A stretch of 32,000 bases of DNA from an uncultured Candidatus Saccharibacteria bacterium. Lineage in GTDB: Bacteria; Patescibacteriota; Minisyncoccia; Minisyncoccales; RBG-13-42-11. A program made the translations under genes and the position numbers. Location: assembly GCA_964481125.1 (NCBI GenBank), contig CAYZSL010000002.1, forward strand, positions 117,801-149,800. Reading direction: 5' to 3'. The notes below the pieces were generated by a model that was not told the DNA's origin, ran no database searches, and worked only from the letters and a program-made list of their open reading frames with translations. This document shows, in pieces, positions 16,745 through 25,107 of this stretch (the stretch's first letter is position 1; every line of letters starts with the position of its first letter).

Positions 16745-17329
16745 ATGAATTTGATACCAACCGTAATAGAAAAAACCCAATACGGGGAAAGGGCTTACGA
16801 CATATATTCCAGGCTTTTAAAAGACAGAATCATATTTTTGGTAGGCCCTATTACCGACCATCTGGCCAATTCAACTATTGCCCAGATGCTTTTTTTGGCT
16901 TCAAAAGACCCTGAAAAAGACATTAAGCTTTACATTAATACGCCAGGAGGATCGGTAACTGCTGGCATGGCTGTTTACGATACCATGCAATACGTAAAAC
17001 CTGATATTTCTACGGTTTGCATTGGCTTGGCCGCTTCCATGGGAGCAACCTTGTTGGCGGCTGGAGCAAAGGGCAAGCGCTTTGCTCTTCCTAATTCCCA
17101 GGTTTTGCTACACCAGGTGGCAGGCGGCGTAAGCGGCGAAGCAGTGGAAATAGAAATTACTGCCAAGCAAATTATTAAGATTAAAGAGAGACTAAATAAT
17201 ATTCTGGCTAAGCATACGGGCCAGCATTTAGGGAAGATTGAAAAAGACACTGACAGAGATTTTTATTTATCAGCTGAAGAGGCAAAAGAATACGGCCTGA
17301 TTGATAAAGTTATCAAACCAAAAAATTAA
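16745..17329 (+). CDS. clpP: ATP-dependent Clp protease proteolytic subunit
   Basis: [45 protein letters not shown] (catalytic Ser), LLHQ (His). Confidence 0.96.
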   Translation: MNLIPTVIEKTQYGERAYDIYSRLLKDRIIFLVGPITDHLANSTIAQMLFLASKDPEKDIKLYINTPGGSVTAGMAVYDTMQYVKPDISTVCIGLAASMGATLLAAGAKGKRFALPNSQVLLHQVAGGVSGEAVEIEITAKQIIKIKERLNNILAKHTGQHLGKIEKDTDRDFYLSAEEAKEYGLIDKVIKPKN

Positions 17330-17341
17330 TTATTTAAAACA

Positions 17342-17746
17342 ATGAAAAAAAGATTAACAATATTATTGGTTTTCTTCGGTCTATTCCTGTCTTTTATCGT
17401 AGCACGGGCCCAATCAGAAGGACTTGTTCCTTGCGGAGGGCCGGGTCAAGAGGCGTGCAAGCTTTGCGATATTTTCCTGATGTTCGATAGAATTGTTGAT
17501 TTCGTCATGATAACTCTTGTGCCGCCGCTGGCTGCCTTGATGCTGGTTATCGGCGGAGTGATGTTTTTCTTTTCCGCCGGAGATACTGGCGGGCTGACTA
17601 AGGCAAAAAGCGTTTTAACTTCCGTGATTTTCGGCCTAGTCATAGTTTACGGCTCCTGGCTATTAATCAATTCTTTTTTCCTGGTAATTGGCGTAAGCGA
17701 ATGGACTGGTTTAGAGCAAGGCTGGTTTAGTTATCCTTGTCACTAA
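17342..17746 (+). CDS. Small VirB2/TrbC-like T4SS-type pilin (CPR-type)
   Basis: Signal peptide, GLVPCGGPGQEACKLCD, helix, GGVMFFFSAGDTGGLTKAK, helix ending GSWLLINSFF. 134 aa. Starts 12 nt after the clpP stop. Confidence 0.7.
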   Translation: MKKRLTILLVFFGLFLSFIVARAQSEGLVPCGGPGQEACKLCDIFLMFDRIVDFVMITLVPPLAALMLVIGGVMFFFSAGDTGGLTKAKSVLTSVIFGLVIVYGSWLLINSFFLVIGVSEWTGLEQGWFSYPCH

Positions 17747-17771
17747 AAACTGTTTTATTTGAAGATTTTCT

Positions 17772-17800
17772 GCCGGGCCAGGGGCCTGGCTTTTAGTTTT
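17772..17800 (+). terminator. Intrinsic terminator after the clpP-pilin pair
   Basis: GCCGGGCC-agg-GGCCTGGC (8 bp stem with one G:U pair) followed by TTTTagTTTT. Confidence 0.6.
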
Positions 17801-17888
17801 GACAAGATAAAGGAAACCTGCTAACATCAAAACGTATTATTAGCTTAACTTTGAACTTTGGTGAATTACCAATATTTCAACTTGAATT

Positions 17889-19418
17889 ATGAATCAATTT
17901 ACCCTACTTTTAGTGGGCATATTTGCTTTGACCCTAGGATCGGTTTTGGGTTACTATGCCCGCCAATCAATCGCCAAGAAACAAGCAGGTACCTTAGAAG
18001 CAAAACTTCAAAAGAAAGTTCTCAAAGCCAAGCAAGAAAGCGAAATAGTTCTTGCTGAAACGGAAGAGAAAGCAAAACAACTTTTAGAATCTGCCCAAAA
18101 AGAAACAGATGATAGGCGCTACGAGGTTTTAAAAACCGAGCGTCTTTTATTAAGAAGGGAGAATATTTTAGACCAGAAGATCTCCACTCTTGAAAGGGAC
18201 CAAAAAGAATTCCAAGAAAAAGTTGAGAAATTAAGAACGATTAAGGAAAGTTTGGAAAAACTTAGACAGGAAGCTATAGAAAATTTAGAAAGAATTTCCA
18301 AAGTTTCCATGGAAGAAGCGAAAAAAGAATTGCTCCAGAACCTGGAAAAAGAATACCAGCAGGAAGCTTTGGAAAAGATAAGAAAACTGGAAAAGGAAGG
18401 ATGGGAAAAGTACGAAGAAAAAGCAAAAGAATTTTTAACCATCGCCATTCAAAAGTGCGCCCTAAGCCAAGCACAGGAAATTACCACCACTTCCATAAGC
18501 TTGCCTTCAGAAGAAATCAAAGGAAGGATTATCGGTAAAGAAGGCAGGAATATTAGAACTTTAGAAAAGCTGACAGGGGTTGAGATTATTGTTGACGAAG
18601 CACCAGAATCAGTGGTTATTTCCGGGTTTGATCCTGTGCGTAGGCAGATTGCCAAAATTGCCTTAGAAAGGCTGATCAAAGACGGCAGGATACAGCCAGC
18701 AAAAATTGAAGAGCAAGTTCAATCTGCTGAAGCAGATATCGGCAAACAGATTAAAGAAGCCGGAGAAACAGCGATTTACGACACGGGAGTGATCGGACTT
18801 GACCAGAAAATAGTTCAATTGCTGGGAAGATTGAAATTCAGAACGAGCTTCGGCCAGAATGCTCTCTTACACTCTATTGAGGTCAGTCATTTGGCTGGCA
18901 CTTTAGCTTCTGAAATCGGCGCTGATTCTCGAGTCTGCAAGAAAGCAGGGCTTTTGCACGACATTGGCAAGGCGGTTGACCACCAAATAGAAGGCTCTCA
19001 CGTTGATATCGGAATTAAGATTTTGGAGAAATTCGGAGTTGAAAAAGAAGTGGTTTCAGCTATGAAATCCCATCACGAAGATTATCCTTACGAAACCCTT
19101 GAATCAATAATAGTTCAGACCGCTGACCAGATATCAGGCGCCAGGCCTGGAGCCAGAAAAGACACTTTGGAGAATTATTTGAAAAGACTGGGAGAATTGG
19201 AAAAAATCGCTTTGAATTTCCAGGGAGTGGAAAAAGCCTGGGCTTTGCAAGCTGGCAGAGAGATCAGAGTTTTTGTTAAACCGGAACAAGTAGATGATTT
19301 GCAAGCCAAAACTTTAGCCAAAGATATTGCTAAGCAGATACAAGAAGAGCTAAGATATCCTGGCGAAATTAAAGTGACAGTTATCAGGGAAACAAGAGTG
19401 ATTGAACACGCAAAATAG
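17889..19418 (+). CDS. rny: Ribonuclease Y
   Basis: N-terminal TM helix, long coiled coil, KH domain (IGKEGRNIRTLEKLTGVEIIVD), HD domain (LLHDIGKAVDH, HHEDY). Ends in TAG. Confidence 0.95.
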   Translation: MNQFTLLLVGIFALTLGSVLGYYARQSIAKKQAGTLEAKLQKKVLKAKQESEIVLAETEEKAKQLLESAQKETDDRRYEVLKTERLLLRRENILDQKISTLERDQKEFQEKVEKLRTIKESLEKLRQEAIENLERISKVSMEEAKKELLQNLEKEYQQEALEKIRKLEKEGWEKYEEKAKEFLTIAIQKCALSQAQEITTTSISLPSEEIKGRIIGKEGRNIRTLEKLTGVEIIVDEAPESVVISGFDPVRRQIAKIALERLIKDGRIQPAKIEEQVQSAEADIGKQIKEAGETAIYDTGVIGLDQKIVQLLGRLKFRTSFGQNALLHSIEVSHLAGTLASEIGADSRVCKKAGLLHDIGKAVDHQIEGSHVDIGIKILEKFGVEKEVVSAMKSHHEDYPYETLESIIVQTADQISGARPGARKDTLENYLKRLGELEKIALNFQGVEKAWALQAGREIRVFVKPEQVDDLQAKTLAKDIAKQIQEELRYPGEIKVTVIRETRVIEHAK

Positions 19419-19435
19419 ACAATTATTATCTAAAC

Positions 19436-19459
19436 AAAAACGGCTTTCGGGCCGTTTTT
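19436..19459. terminator. Intrinsic (potentially bidirectional) terminator after rny
   Basis: AAAAACGGC-tttcgg-GCCGTTTTT perfect inverted repeat. Confidence 0.55.
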
Positions 19460-19466
19460 GCATTTG

Positions 19467-19537
19467 AGCGGGTGAGGGGAATCGAACCCCTGGCGCCAGT
19501 TTGGAAAACTGGGGTATTACCACTATACGACACCCGC
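19467..19537 (-). tRNA. tRNA-Gly (anticodon TCC), no encoded CCA
   Basis: Reverse complement: GCGGGTG/CACCCGC acceptor plus U73, D stem GTAT/ATAC, anticodon stem CCAGT/ACTGG, loop TTTCCAA, T arm AGGGG-TTCGATT-CCCCT. 71 nt. Confidence 0.88.
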
Positions 19538-19557
19538 AAAGTTCAATAAATTTCGTT

Positions 19558-19631
19558 TGGTCGGGGCATCCAGATTTGAACTGGAACTAAATCCTCCCAA
19601 AGGACTCGTGCTACCGTTACACTATGCCCCG
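19558..19631 (-). tRNA. tRNA-Pro (anticodon TGG), CCA encoded
   Basis: Reverse complement: CGGGGCA/TGCCCCG acceptor (C1:G72), A73, CCA. Anticodon loop TTTGGGA, T arm TCCAG-TTCAAAT-CTGGA. 74 nt. Confidence 0.88.
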
Positions 19632-19697
19632 TTCATTCCCATTCTAGTAGAACTTACTCTTTTGGTCAATTTTCTAGTATGGTATACTAATATAATA

Positions 19698-20645
19698 ATG
19701 ATTGGTAAAAAAATTCTTGAACAACTGAATATTATTAAGCAATGCAGGAAATATAGCTTGTCTGTTTGGCAGTGCCCCCAGTTTCTTTTCCTGATAATGG
19801 GCATAATTATTATTGTATCTTCCTTGCTTACTTATGCTATCGGCAACCGCTACATTGAGGATCCGCTTTTGGTCGCTTTGATAGTTATTGCCGTCAGCAT
19901 TGTCCTGCTTATAATTGCGGCAACCATTACCCGTAGTTTTGAAACTCTGGCAGAAACAAACAGGATGAAATCAGAGTTTGTCAGCATTGTTTCCCATCAG
20001 CTTCGCTCGCCCCTCTCTAACTTAAAATGGGTTATTGAGCTTTTGATGTCTGGCAAAGTTTGTCCGGTTGCAGAAAAGCAGACAGAATACTTCAGAATGT
20101 TAAAAGAAAACAGCAAGAGAATGGACGAGCTTGTTTCTGATTTACTGACTGTTTCTAGAATAGAACAAGGTAGGTTGCCTCTGCAAAAAGAAAAAACCTC
20201 TTTTAAAGATTTAGTTGAAAAAATAATCAAAGAAACTGAAATTTTAGCCAAAGCGTCCAACGTTGAAGTAGAATTCAATCCGGCAGACAATCTGCCCGAC
20301 ATTATCTTCGATCCGTCGCAGCTTAAGTTGTCCGTCGCTAACCTTTTGGAAAATGCCATTCGCTATGCAAAAGCAAAAGGAAACGTGAAAATAGGCTTAA
20401 AGAAGAAAAACAGCAAGCTTTACTTTGAGATAAAAGACAGCGGAGTGGGCATTCCCGAAAAAGACCAAAAATATATTTTTCAGAGGTTTTTCCGTTCTGA
20501 AAACGCAAAAAAGCGTCAAACCGAAGGATCAGGCCTCGGTTTATACATTGCCAAATCAATTATTGAAAAATCAGGCGGTAAAATAGGATTTAACTCTAAG
20601 GAAAATAAAGGGTCGACGTTTTGGTTCACCTTGCCAATAAAATAA
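19698..20645 (+). CDS. Sensor histidine kinase with two TM helices and almost no extracytoplasmic loop
   Basis: HisKA H-box SIVSHQLRSPLS. HATPase N, G1 and G2 boxes LLENAIRYA, DSGVGIP, GSGLGLYIAKSIIE. The track start 19557 runs through the reverse complement of tRNA-Pro, so ATG 19698 (MIGKKILEQ) is preferred. Confidence 0.85.
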   Translation: MIGKKILEQLNIIKQCRKYSLSVWQCPQFLFLIMGIIIIVSSLLTYAIGNRYIEDPLLVALIVIAVSIVLLIIAATITRSFETLAETNRMKSEFVSIVSHQLRSPLSNLKWVIELLMSGKVCPVAEKQTEYFRMLKENSKRMDELVSDLLTVSRIEQGRLPLQKEKTSFKDLVEKIIKETEILAKASNVEVEFNPADNLPDIIFDPSQLKLSVANLLENAIRYAKAKGNVKIGLKKKNSKLYFEIKDSGVGIPEKDQKYIFQRFFRSENAKKRQTEGSGLGLYIAKSIIEKSGGKIGFNSKENKGSTFWFTLPIK

Positions 20646-20650
20646 ATATT

Positions 20651-21019
20651 ATGAAAACAATTCTTTTTGTTGAAGACGAATTCACTCTCCAAAAGACCCT
20701 CGGGGAAGTTTTAACCAAAGAAGGCTACCAGGTAATTTCCGCTCTAGACGGAGAAATAGGATTGAGAATGGCGAAAGAAAAAAAACCAGATTTAATCTTG
20801 CTTGATTTGATTTTGCCGAAAATGAACGGATTTGAGGTTTTGAAAAAGATAAAAGAAGACGAGGCAATCAAAGACATACCGATAATCGTTTTAACCAATC
20901 TTGAAGGAATGGAAGACATACAAAAGGCTTTGGAACTGGGAGCAGCCACTTATTTGGTGAAAGCGAATTATAGCCTGGAAGAAGTACTGGAGAAAATAAA
21001 AAAGACTATCAACGAATAA
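20651..21019 (+). CDS. Single-domain (CheY/PilH-like) response regulator receiver
   Basis: MKTILFVEDE, KPDLILLDLILPKMNG (phospho-acceptor Asp), PIIVLTN, YLVKA. No output domain. ATG 20651 is preferred over the track start 20621. Confidence 0.88.
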   Translation: MKTILFVEDEFTLQKTLGEVLTKEGYQVISALDGEIGLRMAKEKKPDLILLDLILPKMNGFEVLKKIKEDEAIKDIPIIVLTNLEGMEDIQKALELGAATYLVKANYSLEEVLEKIKKTINE

Positions 21020-21032
21020 CAACAATTTATCA

Positions 21033-22787
21033 ATGAGAGTAGAGCCGCAACAATTAAAAGCTTTTCTTTTGGATGCCAAATTAACTACTGAAAAGCAGTT
21101 TAATGAGGTTCAGAAAGAAGCTGAAAAGAAAGGCCAGAAAGTCCAGGACGCTTTAGTCTGCAAAGGAGTCATTTCACAAGAAGAGATGATTAAGATGGAA
21201 GCGTATATCTTGGGTATTCCTTTTGTCGATTTGGAAAGGGAAAAGATTGATGATGAAATCCTGAAGATTATTCCTGAACCGATCGCTCGTTCCAACAATA
21301 TTGTTGCTTTCAGGAAAAAAGGAAAAGATTTGGAGGTGGCTATGCTTGATCCAGAAGACCTGGGAACGATTGATTTTATCAAAAAAACCGCTGATTTTAG
21401 GATTTTGCCGAGATTAACCACTCCACAAGGCATTAAAAACGTTCTTCTGCAATATCAGAAGAGTTTGGAAGCTGAGTTTGGAGATATAATAAAAAAAGAG
21501 GCCGGCGGAATCAAAACAGTCAAAGACAGTGCTTTAACAGAAAAAGGAGAGGTCGAGGATTTAAAAAAAGCAGCTGAAGATCTGCCGGTAATCAAGATTA
21601 TTGACACTCTTTTGAAACACGCTATTTTAGGCAGAGCTTCAGATATTCATATTGAACCGACCAGAAAGGAAGTAATAGTCAGATACAGGATTGACGGCAT
21701 ATTAAGGGATGCCATGGTTCTGCCGAAACAGGCCAGTTCAGGAATCGTTGCCAGAATAAAAGTCTTATCCAATTTAAAACTTGATGAACATAGACTGCCC
21801 CAAGACGGCCGTTTCAGGGTTGAAGCAGAAGACTACAAGTTTTCAATTCGTGTTTCTATTCTGCCGGTTTTTGACGGAGAGAAAGTGGTAATGAGGCTTT
21901 TGTCGGAAACAGCTAAAGCATTTACTTTAGAACAGCTTGGGCTGAGGGGAGAGTCGTTGGAATTCATTCAGGACAATTTGAGAAAGCCGATCGGCATGAT
22001 TTTAGTAACCGGCCCCACTGGCTCTGGTAAAACCACTACCTTATATTCAATGATGGAAATTTTAAACAGTCCGGCTATAAACATTTCAACCATTGAAGAT
22101 CCTATTGAGTATAGAATGCCGAGAATCAATCAGACCCAGGTGAACGCCAAAATCGGATTGACTTTCGCTTCCGGACTCCGTTCTTTGGTCAGGCAGGATC
22201 CTGACGTAATTATGGTCGGTGAAATCAGAGACAATGAAACCGCAAGCTTGGCCATCAACGCTGCTTTAACCGGCCATCTGGTTTTGTCCACCTTGCATAC
22301 TTCTTCAGCTGTCGGCGCCATGCCCAGGCTTATCGATATGAAAGTTGAACCGTTTTTAATCTCTTCGACCCTGAATGTTGTTTTGGCTCAAAGATTAGTC
22401 AGGCGGCTTTGCGAGGAGAAAGAAAAATACAATTTAAAAGACTCTGAAATAAAAAATCTTAAAAAATACTGCGACTTGGACAGAATCTTAAAAGCATTGA
22501 AAGAAGAAAAAATAATAAAGGAAGACCAAAATTTGAAAGATGTTACTTTTTACCGGCCGAAAATCACCAAAGATTCTCCCGAAGGATACCAGGGCAGGCT
22601 GGGGATTTACGAAGTGTTGCCGGTTACCGAAACCATAAAGGAATTAATAGTAAAAGAGGCTGATGCTGAACAAATACAAAAACAGGCTTTGCAGGAAGGC
22701 ATGAGAACAATGGTTGAAGACGGCTTCCTAAAGGCAGCGCAAGGCATTACTTCAATCGAGGAAGTTTTAAGAGTAGCAGTAGACTAA
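21033..22787 (+). CDS. pilB: Type IV pilus assembly ATPase (PilB/GspE family)
   Basis: N-terminal GspE-N-like region, Walker A GPTGSGKTT, Asp box, Walker B VIMVGEIRD, His box TGHLVLSTLHT. Only two Cys sit where many PilB/GspE proteins carry a tetracysteine Zn site. Confidence 0.92.
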   Translation: MRVEPQQLKAFLLDAKLTTEKQFNEVQKEAEKKGQKVQDALVCKGVISQEEMIKMEAYILGIPFVDLEREKIDDEILKIIPEPIARSNNIVAFRKKGKDLEVAMLDPEDLGTIDFIKKTADFRILPRLTTPQGIKNVLLQYQKSLEAEFGDIIKKEAGGIKTVKDSALTEKGEVEDLKKAAEDLPVIKIIDTLLKHAILGRASDIHIEPTRKEVIVRYRIDGILRDAMVLPKQASSGIVARIKVLSNLKLDEHRLPQDGRFRVEAEDYKFSIRVSILPVFDGEKVVMRLLSETAKAFTLEQLGLRGESLEFIQDNLRKPIGMILVTGPTGSGKTTTLYSMMEILNSPAINISTIEDPIEYRMPRINQTQVNAKIGLTFASGLRSLVRQDPDVIMVGEIRDNETASLAINAALTGHLVLSTLHTSSAVGAMPRLIDMKVEPFLISSTLNVVLAQRLVRRLCEEKEKYNLKDSEIKNLKKYCDLDRILKALKEEKIIKEDQNLKDVTFYRPKITKDSPEGYQGRLGIYEVLPVTETIKELIVKEADAEQIQKQALQEGMRTMVEDGFLKAAQGITSIEEVLRVAVD

Positions 22788-22798
22788 ATTAAAAACAT

Positions 22799-24019
22799 AT
22801 GCCTATTTATAATTATTTCGCCAAATCCTTAAAGGGAGAAGAGAAATCAGGGATAGCCCAGGCTAAAGACAAAAAAGAGCTCTCCCAAATTTTAAAAGAC
22901 CAAGGTTTTATTTTAATCCGAGCCGGAGAAAAAGAAGAATCAGCAAAAAAAAGCAAATCTGTCAGTTTATTTTCTTTCGGCGGGAAAGTTCCCCTGACCG
23001 AAAAATTAATTTTCACCAGAAACCTCCAGGTAATGATAAGTTCTGACCTTGCTTTGCCCAAAGCTCTCGAAACTTTAGCTTTACAGACGAAAAACAAAAA
23101 ATTCAAAGAAGCTATTCTAGATATCAGCAATGAGATTATTAAGGGAAACAATTTTTCTGAAGCTTTGACAAAATACCCCCAGATTTTCTCAGGACTTTTC
23201 CAGAACATGGTGAAGGTCGGGGAAGAAGCCGGCAACCTTGACGAAGTGTTGAAGATTCTGGCTCTGCAATTGGAAAAGGAAAACGAGCTGAAGTCAAAGA
23301 TAAAAAGCGCCATGATGTATCCAGTAGTAATAATTTCGGCAATGATCGGCATAGGTATTTTGATGCTGATTATGGTTGTGCCGAGTCTGGCTGATACTTT
23401 TGAGGAATTGGAAATTGAATTGCCCCTTACCACCCAAATAGTAGTCGGTTTGGGAACGTTTTTGGCTACTAATTGGCTTCTCGTTCTTTTGGGCATTATT
23501 TTCCTTGTTTTCATTTTGTCTTTCACTCCGAAAATTAAAAAAGGCAAAAGAGTGATGGACGCTTTATTTTTGAAAATTCCGGTTATTTCTACTTTGGTAA
23601 TAAAAACTAACTCTGCTCAGGCTATTAGGACCTTGGGTTCTTTGATTTCTGCTGGCGTGCCGATTATAAGATCTTTAAAGGTTACTTCAGACGTACTGTC
23701 TAATATTTATTACAAGGACGCTCTTTTGGTAGCTATGGAGAAAGTCAAAAAAGGAGAAAAGCTTTCAGATGCTTTGAGTCCTTATGAAAATATATTTCCT
23801 TTGGTTGTTATCCAGATGATTAAAGTTGGCGAAGAAACCGGCAAAACAGCGCCCATTTTGACCAAATTGGCCGACTTTTTCGAGGAAGAAATAGATTACG
23901 CTACCAAGAATTTAGTTTCCGTTATTGAACCTGTTTTAATGATTATGATCGGAGCTGCTATCGGCTTTTTTGCTATCTCAATGATCCAGCCGATGTACTC
24001 CATGTTGGGCGCAATTTAA
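22799..24019 (+). CDS. pilC: Type IV pilus platform protein (PilC/GspF family)
   Basis: Duplicated GspF domains (FTRNLQVMISSDLALPKALE and AIRTLGSLISAGVPIIRSLK), three TM segments, 406 aa. Confidence 0.92.
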   Translation: MPIYNYFAKSLKGEEKSGIAQAKDKKELSQILKDQGFILIRAGEKEESAKKSKSVSLFSFGGKVPLTEKLIFTRNLQVMISSDLALPKALETLALQTKNKKFKEAILDISNEIIKGNNFSEALTKYPQIFSGLFQNMVKVGEEAGNLDEVLKILALQLEKENELKSKIKSAMMYPVVIISAMIGIGILMLIMVVPSLADTFEELEIELPLTTQIVVGLGTFLATNWLLVLLGIIFLVFILSFTPKIKKGKRVMDALFLKIPVISTLVIKTNSAQAIRTLGSLISAGVPIIRSLKVTSDVLSNIYYKDALLVAMEKVKKGEKLSDALSPYENIFPLVVIQMIKVGEETGKTAPILTKLADFFEEEIDYATKNLVSVIEPVLMIMIGAAIGFFAISMIQPMYSMLGAI

Positions 24020-24498
24020 TGAAAAATCAGAATTCAAAAGCTTTTACATTCGTTGATGTTTTGATTGGCGTCAGTTTGCTGCTGATTATTTTTATTAGCA
24101 TTTTCGGCGTTTTTCAATTGACCTCGAAAATAATCGTCCTCTCAAAGAACAAAATTACTGCTGCCTCAGTTGCTAACGAAGAAATAGAAAAGATAAGGAA
24201 TCTTGTTTATTCTTCGGTTGGTATTATTAATGGCGCTTTGCCGACAGCTGTCGGTATTTTATCTTCAACGAGTACCGTTGCCTTAAATAACGTTGATTAT
24301 TTTATTGAAAGGAAGATTGAATATATTTCAGACGAAGCTGACGGAACCGGAGGCGCAGACAGCTGCGATTTGGATTACAAGCGGGTTGATATTAGAGTCT
24401 CTTGGCAGAGTCGGTTTCCCGGAGAGATAAAAATGGTCACTGATATATCTCCGCAAAGCAAAGACGAAGAACTTGCTTCTTGTCAGGCTCAGCCATAA
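24019..24498 (+). CDS. Pseudopilin-like protein with degenerate class III signal (minor pilin candidate)
   Basis: MKNQNSKAFTFVDVLIGVSLLLIIF has A-FTFVD in place of G-FTLxE, then a hydrophobic helix. ATG overlaps the pilC stop (TAATG). Confidence 0.6.
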   Translation: MKNQNSKAFTFVDVLIGVSLLLIIFISIFGVFQLTSKIIVLSKNKITAASVANEEIEKIRNLVYSSVGIINGALPTAVGILSSTSTVALNNVDYFIERKIEYISDEADGTGGADSCDLDYKRVDIRVSWQSRFPGEIKMVTDISPQSKDEELASCQAQP

Positions 24499-24506
24499 TA
24501 ATTTTT

Positions 24507-25106
24507 ATGAAAAAAGGATTTACTCTCGTTGAAACCATGGCCACTATCGCTGTTTTTGCCTTGGCTATTGGCCTTGTTGTCGGCTTGATTGTTATGACCT
24601 ATAGGACATACGGACAAACTTGGCAAAAGTCTTCAACTACCAACGAAGCAAGGAAAGCTATTGAAACAATGGTTCAGGAAATCAGAAAGGCCAGATCCGG
24701 AGAAGACGGTTCTTATCTTCTTGGAAAGGCTGATGATGGAGAATTAATAATCTATTCAGATATCAACAAAGACAGCAGTATTGAAAGGGTCAGATATTTT
24801 TGGCAGGCCGGAGAAGCGACTAACAGTTTTAAAAAGGGGGTGACAGAACCCTTCAATAACGAAGGAGTCATCAGCTATCCCTTGGATCAGGAACAGATTG
24901 AAAATTTAAGCTCTTTCGTTTGTAATGACCTGCCTGTTTTCAGATATTTTGACAGCAATAATCAGGAGATAGCGGAACTTGGCAGTCGCATCCTTAATAC
25001 AAGGCTGATCCAGGTTTATTTAGCCATCAATGCTGATCCGGACAATCCCTCTCAGAATTTTGAATTATTGTCTTCAGCTCAGATAAGAAATTTAAAAGAA
25101 GAGTAA
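24507..25106 (+). CDS. Type IV prepilin (canonical class III signal); candidate major or minor pilin
   Basis: MKKGFTLVETMATIAVFALAIGLVVG carries the G/FTLVE cleavage-methylation motif. ATG 24507 is preferred over the track start 24480. Confidence 0.8.
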   Translation: MKKGFTLVETMATIAVFALAIGLVVGLIVMTYRTYGQTWQKSSTTNEARKAIETMVQEIRKARSGEDGSYLLGKADDGELIIYSDINKDSSIERVRYFWQAGEATNSFKKGVTEPFNNEGVISYPLDQEQIENLSSFVCNDLPVFRYFDSNNQEIAELGSRILNTRLIQVYLAINADPDNPSQNFELLSSAQIRNLKEE

Positions 25107-25107
25107 T

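Noticed and set aside
19557-19697. N-terminal 47 codons of the tracked histidine kinase ORF (MVGASRFELELNPPKG...)
   Set aside because: This stretch is the reverse complement of tRNA-Pro(TGG) plus promoter-like spacer. The kinase most likely starts at ATG 19698.
22813-23547. 244-aa ORF antisense to pilC, the longest antisense ORF in the track
   Set aside because: It lies entirely inside a gene with strong PilC/GspF motifs on the plus strand. Its translation is low-complexity (Ser, Lys, Phe, Ile-rich) with no recognisable motif. This is typical of a shadow ORF in AT-rich DNA.
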